Assembly: GCA_036785375.1 (NCBI GenBank)
Contig: JAWMAR010000286.1
Location: 2,418,001 to 2,482,000 of the forward strand
Direction: 5' to 3'
Source: Leucoraja ocellata
Lineage: Eukaryota
Length of the DNA: 64,000 nucleotides
Made by a program: the position numbers and the translations under genes. Below, in pieces: positions 48,480 through 62,419 of the stretch (position 1 is its first letter; every line of letters starts with the position of its first letter). Below the pieces are notes generated by a model. It made no database searches, had not been told where the DNA came from, and was given only the letters and a program-made list of their open reading frames with translations.

Positions 48480-51060
48480 GTGCACTATCACTCCGTCTCC
48501 TCAGGTTGTATTCAATGTGGTTCTGTATCATCACATAATCAATTTTCCGTCACTTTACGTTAATCTACATCAGAATGCTTATCGTCACTTCCCCTGAGGT
48601 TTCTTATCACTCGATCACATTAAGATGATCTCAGCAGGGGGGGGGGGGGGGGGGTACCTCAAACATGGTACCAATCTATTTCTTGCCCCACCAAACTCAT
48701 TTCCTCACACCTCGACCTGATCATTTCCCTCCTTGTCCAATTATTTTCCACCTACACCTGGAACACCTCGTTTGCCCTCCACAATGATAACAACTTTCAA
48801 TTCCCTGTCTCCCACCATCTTATCTTCACCATAGATGTCCACTCCTTATAGACCCCCAACCCCTATCAGGGAGAACATCAGATTCACCACTTCTTTCTGG
48901 GACAAAGATCCAATTATCTCCCCTCAATCAACATTTTTATCTGCTTGGCAGAACTTGTTCTGAATCTGAATAACGTTCATTTTGCTTCCCCTCACTTTCA
49001 ACAAAGCAAATGTCTGACCATGTGTAGGATTGAATCACCAGCAGTGACAGGATGTATGCAAAACCAACGTGGGCGTGAAGGCTCCACACTCTCATGAGCC
49101 TATTGGGCCTGTCCCACCTAGGCGACTTTTTAGGCGAGTGCTGGAGCCTTTGCAGTCGCCACATGTTTGCGGGTGATGGCTGGGTGTCGCCCATGGTCGT
49201 GAGGAGTTCCCACATTCTGGGAACTAGTCGTGGACTCATTATGGTCGCCACAAATGTTTCAACATGTTGAAAAATTAGCGATGACTAGAATGAAGCCGCC
49301 ATGGAAAGTAGCGAGAATTCTTATGCCGTAGGTGGGTCGCCAGGAGGGCGAAGGTTCTGGTAGGTCCTAGTAGGTTGCCAGGAGGTCGAAGGTTCTGGTA
49401 GGTTCTTGTGGGTTGTAGCTGGAGCTGACTGGTGAATTTCAATGGCTCATTTGAAAAAAAAGTAATCAGTAGTTTTCAGAGCCAAGGATAACCGACCGGT
49501 AATGTTAATGTTCGCCGACCTTCACTGCTGTGTATCTCTGGCTACTTAAAAGTTGTCTCCACTCCTTCTCCCTCCTTCTATCCCCTCTCTCCCCCCTCTC
49601 CTCCCTCTTTTAAAGGACTTATCGTACACTGTGCTTTAACCGTCTTAATTACAGCGCCAACCTTCCTGTTCATCGTGTTGTGTATCTGTATCACATTGGC
49701 TTTGCACCGTGGGAATTTCACTCAGACTGTGCTACCCCGCTTGCCCTGTCCCCGCATGCATAACGAGCTGGTGAAGGAAGCAATGTGTTTGTGTGTGTGT
49801 GTGTGTGTTCTACTCTGATAGTTGCCGTTCCAGTTGCTGGTTTTTCAGGCGACTGCCGACAACTTGACAGTCGCTAGCAGTCCGCTGAAAAATTGCCTAA
49901 AAGTGGCTATGTTTGTCTTTTTGTTCTCTATGTGGAACAGTCCTTGCTCCAAACCTATTATGGCACCACTTCCGAACTCTTTAGCTGCTACATTGATGAC
50001 TCTGCATTAGTGCTGCCCACTGTATTCAGACGGAACTCGTCATTTTTATCACCATTGCTATGAACTTTCAAATTGACGGACCATTTCTGACACCTTTTTC
50101 CATTTTCTGTATCTCTCTGTCTTCATCTCATGATTCAAATGATCCACTGACATTTATCATAAACTCATTGACTCTCACAGCTACCTTGATAACACTACCT
50201 TCCCCCTGGTTTAGGGTAAGGGCACTATTCATTTCTCTCAGTTTCTTTGGCTCTACTGCATCAGTTCTCAAGATGAGGTTTTCCACTTCAGGACATCTGA
50301 AATGTCGTCCTTTTTCAGGAAATGTGGCTTCCTCTTTACCATGGTAGATGGAAACCTCACTCACATTTTCTCCTTTTTGAAGGACTTCTGGTCTTGACCC
50401 CTCACTACTGACAGATTTCTCTTGGACCTCAGTTTTCTCCATGCCAGCCTCCACATCCAGCAAATCATCCTTTGACAATTCTGCCAGAAGAACTGGGACT
50501 CCACCACCAGTTATATTTTCCCCTCCCTTCCCTTTTTCTGCTTTCTATCCCTTTTCGTCCCTTCCATCCACACCTTCCCCTCCACTTGTGCCTTTCCCTC
50601 GAACCGCAAGGATGTTTAATATTTGATCCAACACCACCTCCTTCACAAAGATCCAGGGACCAAAAGAGTTCTTTCAAATCAGGCAAATATTTATGTTCAC
50701 CTCCTACAACCTCACCTATTACATTCAGTTCAGTGCTCTTGGTGTGGCCTCCTCTACATTGATGAGACCAAGTGCATCTAAGCAACCATTTGGCGGAACT
50801 CCTCGGCATCCTGAGCTCCTGGTTGTGTTTCATTAAGTACCCTTCCCATTCCCACTCCGACCTGTCTGTTCGTGGCCTTTTCCACTGCCATGGTGAGGCA
50901 AAACATAAACTGGAAGATAAACGCTCATATTCGGCCTGCCTAGTCTACAACTCAACTGTATCAGCATTGATTTTACCAACTTCAGGTGATCTGCATTCCT
51001 TGCTGTCCTTTCTCCATTCTTCTTATCCACCCAGGTTTTCCCTTCCTGGTCCCAGTCCCA
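48480..51060 (+). mobile_element. Old Penelope-like element (RT plus GIY-YIG remnants) interrupted by a MITE
   Basis: tacattgatgac (YIDD) at ~49990; LYIDETK; GLFHCHGEAKHKLE. Confidence 0.7.
49105..49915. mobile_element. Harbinger-like MITE
   Basis: Left TIR gggcctgtcccacctaggcgactttt; degenerate right TIR aaaattgcctaaaagtgg. Confidence 0.55.
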
Positions 51061-51115
51061 TCTGCCTTTCATCCCCATACCTCTGTATCTCCTATCCTCT
51101 CCCCAACGAGTACCG

Positions 51116-51880
51116 TAGGGGGCACTGCACTGGCAGCAGCCTCTACCTACAGCCTGTCTGTTATTTCAATCTTTTTTTAATTTTTAGTTAGTCTAAAGTT
51201 TTGTGTTGGGGGAAACTTTAACTTTTCAATGTGGGGGGGGGGGCAGGGTAAGGGGGAAACCGTCTCCCTGTCTCTTCCTGGCGGGGACGCGACTATTTCT
51301 CCGAGTCGCGTCCTCGCCCCCCACCTCGCGGCCTACCAGCTGGATCGGAGCAGCCTTTCCTGCCGGGGACCAGGAACCGGACCAGGGCTGCTACAGCGGC
51401 GGCGCAGCGCTGGAGTCACCGCGGAGCGGGCGATGCCTACCTGGGTCGCCGTTTGGAGCTCCGAAGCGTTGAGCCGCTGCTCCAACATCGTGGAGCTCTG
51501 GTGCGGAGAGATTCCAACGCGGGCGGCGCTGAACAACATCGTGGAGTCCTGGGGCGCCTTGCAGAGGGTCTGCAGCAGTGGGTCTCCACCCGGCGCGGCC
51601 TGCGGACTTTGGAAGCCACCGACTCCGGTAGGAGGGGGCCGACTCTGGTGTCCACGCCACTGAGGACGTCCCGCAGCCCCAACGTCGGACTTGTATCACC
51701 CCGGCGAGCGGTCCTGGACATCCGGCAGCCCGTAGCTGCAACTGCGGAGGGCTTGGGGAGGCCCTGACCATGAGGAACAGTGGAGGAAGAGACTGACTTT
51801 GGTGCCTTCCCACACAGTGGGAAACTTTGATTCTGCTGTGTGGGGATGTTTTATGTCAAACCCTATAGTGTGTGTTCTTT
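51116..51880 (+). mobile_element. GC-rich non-coding retroposon, copy C
   Basis: Same architecture as 711-1378; hairpin at 51280-51318. Confidence 0.55.
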
Positions 51881-52734
51881 ATACCCTTTCTGGCTTAATC
51901 CCTCCCTTCACCACCTCCAGTTTAAATTCCAGTTGGAATATTTTGTAGGACCAAGTAACCAAGAACCAAGAACCAAGAACGGGCTTCATTGTCCCATCAT
52001 CCCTCCTTCATCTCGTTCCACTTGCAACATTCCTTACCTACTGTTCCGACATCTGCAGTCTGTTGTTCCTCAACATCTTCCAGCCTCCACCTCTATCAAA
52101 TGGTCTCCTTCCCCTACCTGGTTCCATCTGCCACTTTTTTCTCTCTCTTTATCTTTCATGGCTTATTATCCACCAGCTTCCATCTCCCAACTCCGCTCCT
52201 TCCTCACCCATCTGGCTCCATCTACCCATCATCCCACTCCTCACCCAGCTTCATCTATCACCTGCCAGCACTGCCTCACCACTCCCACTCATCTCTATAT
52301 TGGCTATCACCCATTTATATCCTAATGCAAGGTCTTGATCTGAAACATTGACCATCCCTTTGCCCCCACAGATGCTGATCGACCCAATTAGTTCCTCACT
52401 GTAGTTTAATTTTGGACAATCTACAATGTATGCAGTCTCTTGTATCTCAACTGATTTGCTTAAAATGATCGAGAAGCAGAGAGAAAACATCAAATTAAAG
52501 TTATCTTGATCAACAAAGATTTCTGTTATGCAGACAATAAACTTTCAGAGACCATTGCAATGCTTTCCTGGCTGACCAATTCTTCTATATTCCATAAAAC
52601 GAAGATGGAAAATCCCAATGCCTGCATCTGAAGACATACATCAGATCAGAGATACATCTGGTCCACCAATGCTTTAAGAAAGAACTGCAGATGCTGGTTT
52701 AAATCGAATGTAGAATGCTGGAGTAACTCACAGA

Positions 52735-53760
52735 AAGCAGAAAGGAGTGGAGATGGGAAGATGTGGCCAGTTGTGGGATCCCGTTGGAGATGGCGAAAAT
52801 GTTGGAGATTATATGATCTATTTGACGGCTGATGGGGTGGAAGGTGAGGACAAGGGGAACTGTCCTTGTTATGAAGGGGAGCAAGGGTGGAGCTGCGGGC
52901 TATCGAGGAGACCCTCGTGAGAGCCTCATCTATAATGCAAGAGGGGAACCCCCGTTTCAAAAACAATGAGGACATCTCCGATGGCCTGGATCACATGCAG
53001 CATATAACCCTCCAACATTTTAGCCACTTCCAACGGGATCCCACTACTGGCCACATCTTCCCAAATCCCTTTCTGCTTTCCATAAAGAACATTCCCTCCC
53101 CAACTCCCTGGTCAACTTGTCCCTTCCCACCCAAACCACCCCCTCCCCAGGTACTTTCCCCTGCAACCACATGAGATGCAACATCTATCCCTTTACCTCC
53201 CCCATGACTCAATCCAAGGATCCTGACAGTCTTTTCAGGTGAGTCAAGAGGTTTACTTGCACCTCCTCCGACCTCATCTACTGTATCCGCTGTTCCAGAT
53301 GTCAACACCTGTACATCAGCGAGACCAAGCGAAGGCTCGGCGATCGTGTCGCTGAACACTTCCGCTCAGTTCGCCTTAACCTACTTGATCTTCCAGTTGC
53401 TCAGTACTTTACTTCCCCTCGCATTCCCAATCTGACCTTTCTGTCCTGGACCTCCACCATTGTCAGAGTGAGGCCCAGCACAAATTGGAGGAAGAGCACC
53501 TCATATTTCGCTTGGGTAGCTTACACCCCAGCCGAATGAACATTGACTTCTTTAACTTTAAGTAGCGCTTGCTTTCCCTCTCTCTCCATCCCCTCCACCT
53601 CCCAGTTCTACTACTAGTCTTACTGTCTCCAACTACATTCTATCTCTGTCCCACCCACTGCCCTGACATCAGTCTGAAGAAGGATCTCGACCCGAAACGT
53701 CACCCATTCCTTCTCTCCAGGAATGCCTGTCCCGTTGAGTTACTCCAGTATTTTATGTCT
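52735..53760 (+). mobile_element. Penelope-like element with an inverted 5' part (52735-52990 on minus)
   Basis: FLKRGFP..QHFRHLQRDPTTGHIFP on minus; plus part LIYCIRCSRCQHLYISETKR (GIY-YIG); hammerhead-like motif at 53674-53702. Confidence 0.85.
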
Positions 53761-54559
53761 ACCACCGATGCTTTTATATTTATAATTCCCTCTCTTGTGT
53801 TTGAATCCTCCAGCTCTCACTCCTCCATACGTTTGAACCATTTCTAGGTCAATACCCTTCTTGAGTGATACCTTAAAGAAGCCTTGACACGTTGCTGGGT
53901 GTGTTTTACAGACAGCAAAGACTGTAGTCGCAGCGTAAAAGCAGTAGAGGGAGATATGTTTATGAAAATAGCAGCAGGTAAGAAGGCTGCCTTGTCATGA
54001 TGGTTTAAAGCATGTGTGTTGTTGGAGCAGCATTTATCCAAGAAATCAGTGCATACTCCATCTTGTGCTGACTTCTGTCTATGGAGTCATAGAGTTGTAC
54101 AGCACAGTCCAGGTCCATGCTGAGCTTTCTGCCTATCCCCACAAATCTTATTTCCCTACCATTATAGTCTCAAGAAGAGTTTTGACCTGAAACATCACCT
54201 ATGCATGTTCTGCAGAGATGCTGCCTAACCTGTTGAGTTACTTCGGCACTTTGTGTCTGTTTTGAGAACCAACGACTGCAGTTCCTGGTGTCTCCTTCTA
54301 TGCCTTCCAATTTAAATCCCTTAAGCGCAGTCATTTTGCCTGACTCCATCAAGTGATAGGTGCCTAGAATGCACTGTCAGGGATGGTGGTGAAAGTAGAT
54401 AGCCAGTGTTGTTAAAGAGGCTTTTAGAAGGACACATGAATACCCAAGTAATGGGAGTATATGGAGAATCTCCATGCAAAAAGGATTGGTTTATGTAGGC
54501 ATCATATTTGACATTGACATCGTGGGCCAAATGATCTGTTCCTGTGCTGAACTGTTCTA

Positions 54560-55320
54560 TGTTCCACCGCCTCCTCTGGCAGTACATTCCATATGTCAAC
54601 CACTCTTTAGGTTAAAAATAAATCCCCCATCAATCATCTCAAAAACTTCTTCCTCTTACCTAAACACATGTCCCCTTCTTTTTGATATCACTACCACTGG
54701 CAAAATCCAATTGAGCTTACCCGTGCCTTGTTAATATACCTCTATCAGGTCACCCCTCAGCATATTTCACCAAAGGGTGAAACAAACCTAGCCAATCTGA
54801 TCTCACCCCATAGCTAAAGTCCTCCGATCCAAGTAACACCCTGGCAAACATCTTCTGCACTCCTTCCAGTGCATCCACATACTTCCTGTTGTGTGGTGAC
54901 CACGACTGTGAACACGACTGCATGTGCCATCTAACTAGTCTTTTGTAACGATACAACATAACTTTCCAACTTTTATTTTCTATGCCCCACTTTATGAAAA
55001 TAATTATGCCACATGCCTTCCTAAATACCCTAGCTACGTGTTTTTCCACTTTTGGGAACTTTGGGCTTGAACCTCAAGTTTCCTCTGATCGTCAATATTC
55101 CTTATTGGCTTTCCATTTATTCTTATCCTTACTTTCTAATCTGCACAATCTTGTACTTGCCTTGATTAACTCCCATCTGCCAACATACTGCCCAACTTTC
55201 CAAATGGTTTGGATTCTGCTGCAACCTTAGGCAATCTCCTCACTATCTCCTAGCTTTCGTGCCACCTGCAAACTTTGTAATCATTCCTCCTACATTTACG
55301 TCCAAGCCGTTAACATATCA
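54560..55320 (-). mobile_element. Old CR1 fragment
   Basis: YKRLVRWHMQSCSQSWSPHNRKYVDALEGVQKMF. Confidence 0.75.
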
Positions 55321-55494
55321 CACAATAAAATGACTGCAGCACCATTCAGTTCAGAGAGAGAGTTCAGTGACACAGCATGAACACACGCCTTTCAGCCCAC
55401 CAAGTCCATGCCCATCATTGGTCACCTATCCACCCTAGGCCTATATTATCCCACCTTCGCATCCACTCGCTACACATTAGGAGCAATTTATAGA

Positions 55495-56250
55495 CATGGG
55501 TGTAAATCTCGAAGGGGCCAGGGGGAACACGTCCCCCTCATGTTTTGAGAGGTGGGGGATGACCCCCACCCCCCCCATGTTTTGTAATCTGGATTTTGAA
55601 ATTTAAATTTGAATGTGAAAAAAATCTATTAAAAAATCTCCGCTTTCCGCGAGACAATGGGAGTGAGATTGATGGTCGAGGGCGCTGATTGGACGAGAGA
55701 GACGTTGGTCAGCAGGCAGTGGGGGGGGGGATGGAACATGATGATTCAGCGTGATGATTGGAGGAGGGAGGTATCGGTCAGAGGCGGAAGTAGGGGGGTG
55801 GGACTGAGGATAGAGCTCGGTGATTAGAGGAGGGAGACGTCCTGGTGGAGCAAAGATCATAAAGCAGAGCTTGAATCGGCCCATTCACGGGGCCTTTCAT
55901 CACCCGGAGAGGCTTAAAATTGGCTGCCCCGCGATCAAATTGCTGCGTCGAGGCGATTGGGGCTCCTGATGTTGAATCCCCCGCCAGGCGATGGAAGAGC
56001 CTGCAGCCGGTTTTAAGCCGCACCGGGCGACGAAACCTCATGAACGGGCCGATTGAAGCCCCAGAATTCGGGGCGGATGAAGCTGCTGTTGCTGGAGTTT
56101 GGAGTCGGTCACCAACCAGGTCAGCTCCTGATGTTATCGTCCACAGGGCCCACGGCCGAAGCCTTGTGTGTGTGTGCGTGCGTGCGTGCGCACGTACAGT
56201 ACCAAGAAATTGTCCCCCCCCCCCATGTTTTGATAGCGATTTCCGTCCTG
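55495..56250. mobile_element. hAT-like MITE inserted into a minus-strand V-SINE
   Basis: TIRs catgggtgtaaatc and gatttccgtcctg; imperfect 8-bp TSD tttataga / tttacgga. Confidence 0.6.
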
Positions 56251-56344
56251 TTTACGGAGGCCCATTAACCTGCAAACCTATCGCCTTTAATCCCATGTGG
56301 TATCAAACTGAAGCATCTGGTGGAAACCCACGCAGTCACAGGGA

Positions 56345-56700
56345 GAAGGAAGTGGGAGGGGGAGAGAGAGGAGGCAGAGAGAGAGAGAGGCAGAGAGAGA
56401 GGGGGGCAGAGACAGAGATAGAGGAGGGGGGAGAGAGGGGGGGGGAGAGGGGGGTAGAGAGGGGGAGCGAGGGGGGGGGCGAGAGAGGGGGGTGAGAGAG
56501 GATGGAGAGAGTGGGGGGGGGAGAGAGAGGGGGGAGAGAGAGAGAAGGGGGAGAGAGAGGGGGGGCAGAGAGGAGGGGGGAGAGGGGGGGAGAGAGCAGG
56601 GGAGAAGCCCAGGCTGAGCCGAGGACCGAGCAGCCAAGCGAGCCAAGCAGTCGAGTGAGTCAGCCGAAGAGCTGAGCCAGCCAGCTGAGCGAGCCGGCAC
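56345..56700. repeat. GA-rich low complexity followed by gagcc/gagc repeats
   Basis: Direct inspection. Confidence 0.85.
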
Positions 56701-56971
56701 AGTCTTATGGCTATTTGATCTTATTTGATTGTGCACACCGGGTTGATTGCATTCGTCGAAACAGGGCAGACCACGTGAAGTTTGCAATCTTCCACCTCAT
56801 GCAGTTTGTCAGGCAGCATCACAGTCAGGACCCATCTTCAGACTCTTACATGTCATGACCTTTCGTCGGACCGAAAGAAACACAAAAACACTCCAAAATG
56901 TTATGTTTTACTCAAGATTCCAGCATCTACAGTTCCGTGTTTGTCCTGTTTACCCAGCTTCGTGCTTGCTT

Positions 56972-57301
56972 ACATAGAAACATAGAAACATAGAAAATAG
57001 GTGCAGGAGGAGGCCATTCAGCCCTTCAAGCCAGCACCGCCATTCATTGTGATCATGGCTGATCGTCCCCAATCAATAACCCGTGTCTGCCTTCTTCCCA
57101 TATCCCTTGATACCACCAGCCCCTAGAGCTCTATCTAACTCTCTCTTAAATCCATCCAGTGACTTGGCCTCCACTGCCCTCTGTGGCAGGGAATTCCATA
57201 AATTCACAACTCAGGGTGAAAAGGTTTTTTCTCACCTCAGTCTTAAATGACCTCCCCTTTATTTTAAGACTGTGGCCCCTGGTTCTGGACTCGCCCCACA
57301 T
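56972..57301 (-). mobile_element. CR1 3' end
   Basis: (catagaaa)n tail and conserved 3'UTR. Confidence 0.85.
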
Positions 57302-58399
57302 TGAGCCTAGCAGCATCTCTGGGGAGCATGAAGAGGCAGCATTTCACACTTCACAGAGGTGGTGGTGGGACAAAGTCTGGCAAGTGATAGTTGCATACAA
57401 ATGAGCGGGGTTTGATTCACACAGTTGGACAAAGGTCAGAGATGAAAGGGCAGAAGGTTGAGAGGTAAAGGGAGAAAAATAATGAAATGTGAAGCCAGAT
57501 GAAGGGATATAGGAGGGGAAAGGGGGGGGGGGAGAAATGGGTGTGTATCCTGGTGGGGCACAGGGAAGAAAGGGGGTAGAAAGGTGGGGGGGAGTGTGAT
57601 TGTTCATTAGTTACCTAAAATTGGAAAATTAAGTGTTCATATCACTGGGTAGTAAGCAACATGATATGCCGTTCAAGCAGAACATGAGATGCCATTCTTC
57701 TAGTTGGCTGTGGCCTCACTCTGGTAAGGGAGGAGGCCCTGAGCAGAAAGATCACTACAGAATTGGGAAGGGAATTAAAATGGATAGCACTGGGAGATCC
57801 AGCCAGCCTTGTCCCCAAAATAGCTGCCTAGTCTATGCTTGGTCTTGCAGATGTAAAGGAGGCCACGTCAGGAGTATTGAATGCAGTTGATGAGGTTAGA
57901 GGAGATGCAAACTGGGATTTTATGTTACTGTTGCACAAGACGTTGATGAGGCTGCACTCAGAGCTTCATATTCAGTCATTTATCAAAGATGCCATTGTAA
58001 AGAAGTGTTAGCGACACACTGTAACTTTACTTCATTTTATTCATACTGTATTTTATACAAAGAGCACTAGCTGTACGTGGTCTGTCACGGAAGCTAGAGA
58101 GCGATATGTGGGTGGGGAGGTTGTAATTATACTTGTGATATGGGGAGTGGTTAGTAGTGATGAGGTAACTATATTAAAGGCACATGCATATCTCATCTAC
58201 AGCCATCAAGTTGGAAAAAGTGCAGAGAAGATTTACGAGGATGTAGCCTGGACTATAGGGAGAGGCTGGGGAGGGGGATTGAGAGGGGAAAGATCTAATA
58301 GGAATCTGAGGCATAATATTTTTACACAGAGTGCTGGGTATGTGGAATTACTGGTCTTAATGACTACAGGCCTGTCGCACTGACCTCTGTAGTCATTAT

Positions 58400-59220
58400 T
58401 TTTACACATTGTGCTGGCCAAGATAAAAAAATATCACAAACAACCTGCTGGTCCCTCTGCAGTTTACATATCAGGCCAATAGATCTGTGGATGATACAGT
58501 TAACCTTAGCCTGCACTTCATCCTCCAGCACCTAGATCACCAGGAGACCTATGTAATAAGCTCAGGGACGATGTGCCTTTGCGGTTGCAGCTCCTAGACT
58601 GTGGAACAGCATCCCCCTACCCATCAGGACTGCCCCCTCCATCAACTCCTTTAAGTTAAGACTAAAAACGTATCTATACTCCCAAGCCTTTCTTGACTTC
58701 CTCTGAGCGAGGGCTATATGTATATATGTATGTAGTTTGTTTGTTTATACTGTTCTTATAACAAATGTAAAGAACTTTGGCCAACGAGAGGTGTTTTTTA
58801 AATGTGCTATATAAATAAATGTTACTTGACTTGACTATGTGGGGATTTTGTTATTGGCTGCAACCTTCCCTCCATTGATGAACTGTACACTGCAAGGTCT
58901 AGGAAGTGAGTGGGTAAGATCATCTCTGACCCCTCACACCCTGGCCACAAACTCTTTGAATCACTTCCCTCTGGAAATCGACTCCAGACTATCAAAGCTG
59001 CCACAGCCAGACATAAAAACAGCTTTTTTCCATTAGCTCTACTCAATAGCCAAAATTCTGTAGCCTCCTTTTGCTCTGGTATTTTGTTTGGTTCACATGT
59101 TTGATCAATGGTGTTTTATTATTAATGTTTCATGTTTTATGTGTCATTTGTAACTGTATGTCATGTCGTCACTTGTGGGCGGAGCACCAAAGCAAATTCC
59201 TTGTATGTGAATATTCATTC
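58400..59220 (+). mobile_element. Rex1/Babar fragments with an inserted L2-type 3' end (58560-58835)
   Basis: LVPLQFTYQANRSVDDTVNLSLHFILQHLD; IISDPSHPGHKLFESLPSG..RHKNSFFP; (acttg)n tail. Confidence 0.75.
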
Positions 59221-59599
59221 AATACGATGCATTAAAGATCAACTTGTAAAACACATTTGGATAGGAAAGGGATATGGGACAACTGCAAATAAATGGGACC
59301 AACTTAGATGGGGGACTTTGGTTGGCATGGATTACGCAAACAGAAGGGTCTGTTTCCATGATGAATGTCTCTGTGACATTCTAACCATTGTCCTGGTTTT
59401 ATAGAAGCAGATTGCTTCATTACATGAGAAGCTGTGCATCAAAGTTATTAATGAAGCAGCTGAAGATAGTTCAGCCAAGACAGCTTCCATTTTGCTGGGT
59501 TAATGTTTCCCCATAGATTCCCATTGACCTTTCCTACCGAGTTTCCTTGATGCCACAGACACCCAAAGGCTGCCATGATAATGAGGGTAGGTTTTACAA

Positions 59600-59880
59600 T
59601 TCAGCTTTTGGGGCATATTTGGACCAAGGCATTGCTGATGTCTGGAGTACAGTAGACCTAGCAAAAACCAAAACTAGTAACAGTGAGCAGATTAATGCTG
59701 GCTGTCCAGTTAATAACATTGTTGGTCTTTACAACATTTACAGGACATTTCATAACTCTGCTGATGATTGAAAGGAGGCAGAAGGAATGATAGTTTCCTA
59801 GTTTAGATATGTCTGCTTTTTTGTTGAACAGCAGATAATTGGGCAGTCTTCTGGGTTTCAATTTTTTAGTTGAAATGGAC
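59600..59880 (-). mobile_element. RTE LINE remnant
   Basis: LFNKKADISKLGNYHSFCLLSI resembles the RTE motif KKGDxxxCGNYRGISLLS. Confidence 0.45.
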
Positions 59881-62419
59881 AAAAGATTTTGAATTAAATT
59901 CTATTCACCACTGAGGTAAGTGACATCTGCCAGGGGGGATATTTGATTGGTTTCAGTGACTTGGTGGCTCGTGGGTATTGAGGCTGGGGCACAGTTGCAT
60001 ATCCATCCAGGGTTCCTACAAGACAATAACTCCAGTGGAAAAGTTTACCCAAGTTGGAATTTGTTTGAGGATGGGAACTGGCTGAGCTGTTATGCATTCT
60101 GCCATGAAATAGTTTGCTTTGCACCTGGAATATAGCAGTTTTCACAAGTTATCAGAGAACAGGTACATGGGTAGGAAAGTTGAAGAGGGAAATGGACCAT
60201 GTATGGGCAAATGGGACCAGCTTAGATGGGGCATCTTGGTCAGCATGGGAGAGTTGGGTCGAAGGGCCTGTTTCCATGCCGTGTGACTCCGGGACTGGCT
60301 TGCAAAACAAAGAATTGTAGAAATAAAGCTAGAAAATAATGTTAGTCAGGCAGTGGCTGACGAGAGAGAAACAGAGCTGACATTTTAGGTTGATGATCAG
60401 ACTAATGGAAAGTGAAAAGCTCTTGGAGAACATTTCCACTTTGGACATATGGCAAAACACTGCTCAGCTACACAAATGCTCCATAATAATTGGATTCCTA
60501 CATCCTTTGAGATAAAGGTACAGCAAACAGAAAGGGTTCCTTCCACATATGCATTATTTATTTTAAGCTTGCTCACATGCTAAATAGTTAATAGTTTATT
60601 TAATAACTAAAACTAACCAGTCAACAGTATTGTTCAACATGTAAGAAAGAACAGCAGATGCTGGTTTAAACCAAAGCTGGAGCAAACACAAAAAGCTGGA
60701 GTAACTCAGCGGGACAGGCAGATCACTCGAGAAAAGGAATGGGTGATGTTTTGGGTCGAGACCCTTCTCCAGACAGTTGTATTGAGCAGGCAAATTGTCA
60801 AGCATGGCCAACACCCAAGTTCATTAAATTGATTACATTTAAAGAAAATTTGAGGGAAACACTGGGAAATACTGTAACTTCCTACATTGAAATAAATGAC
60901 TGCAAGGCCATTAGTTACTTGCCTGCTGACGTACAGAATGCCAGCAGCTGGGGCTGAAGAGCAGCAACGGAGGCTGGAACAAAGAGCAGGTCAATCTAGG
61001 TACAGAAGGAATATAGAGAAGGAATGGGTGACGTTTCAGGTCGAGACCCTTCTTCAGACTGAGACTGTGTTCTGAAGCACACAGGTATGAGCTTGAGTGC
61101 CAATGTTGCTGGATTCGTAGTTCAAAGAGATGGACTAATAATGCAGAGAATGTCCTTCCAGAGCCATTTGAGTGTATGGATGTAGTTTTTAAAAAACTCT
61201 GGAAATAATGAGCAGTTTGTTTAATTGGTGTGTTCTTATTCAGTTGAACATAATTTGACCAGTTGTAATGCTTTTGATGCTTCCTTCCTCCCTCAAGGGT
61301 TTTTGCCAGACATACCAGATATGGGGTACAAATAGACAAACCTAATAATCCCATCAGACCAGTTCTCATAATATATGTTCTTATGAAAGGTCGTCAACTT
61401 GAAATATGAGAGACACAATGAATTGCAGATGCTGGAACCTTGCATAGAACACAAACTGTTGGATTAAATCAGCAGGTCCGTCAGCATCCGACATTTAGGG
61501 TTGGGACCCTTCTGCAGACTGAAGAAAGGTCCTGACCCAAAACATCACCTATCCATATCCTTCAGAGGTGCTGATTGACCTGCTGCGTTACTCCAGCACT
61601 TTGATTTGAAATGCTAATCCTCTTTCTCTATCCATGGCTATTGCATTGATTGGAGCAACTATCCTGTTCATAAGAAAGGAAGCTTAAACTAGAAAATCAC
61701 AATACAAGTAAAATACCGCAAAGGCTGGAAATCTAAATTAATGCAAGAGATGTTGTAACTTTTCAGTAGGTCAGGAAGAATCTCTGGTGAGAGAAATGGA
61801 GTTAATGTTTGAGTTTTGTGGCAGCTTATCAGAACTGGACATATTTGAATTACAATTGTTTTTTAATTAACTTTCCAGCCAGGGATGGAGGAAAGAACAA
61901 CAGTGAAAGTACTCGGTAGGATGATGGGCAGCAAAGATTAAATAAATGGAATGAAGCTGCAGGACAAAAATATGTGGTAATAAGACAAATAATTAAATGA
62001 AAGATTTGTCTGCTGGAAGTGTAAATTGCAACAGCAGAATCATTACCAAGACTAGCTGTTGGAGGAAAATAAGCATAGTTATGATCTCAAATTATAGATT
62101 ATTAATGAACTTGGAATCTGTAAGACCCCATGTCAAAATATATAGTATTCTTAATGAGTTGATTAGGGTAAGACAAAGGTCAAAAGAAGAGAGGTCACAG
62201 TGGAAGTGGGGGTGAGTGAATTAAGGAGGTAAGTGACTGGAAACTAACGATTATTTTGGCAGACTGAATGTGGGTCACAGGAATGTATCCATATCAAGTA
62301 CAGTTAAATAGAGATATTAAGATATGTGAACATTGGGATCAACAAAATGTGATCTAATGCAATGCTGGAGAAATATTTAGTTGGCAGCATCTTGCTGGCC
62401 ATGTAGTTTCAAAAGGAGT

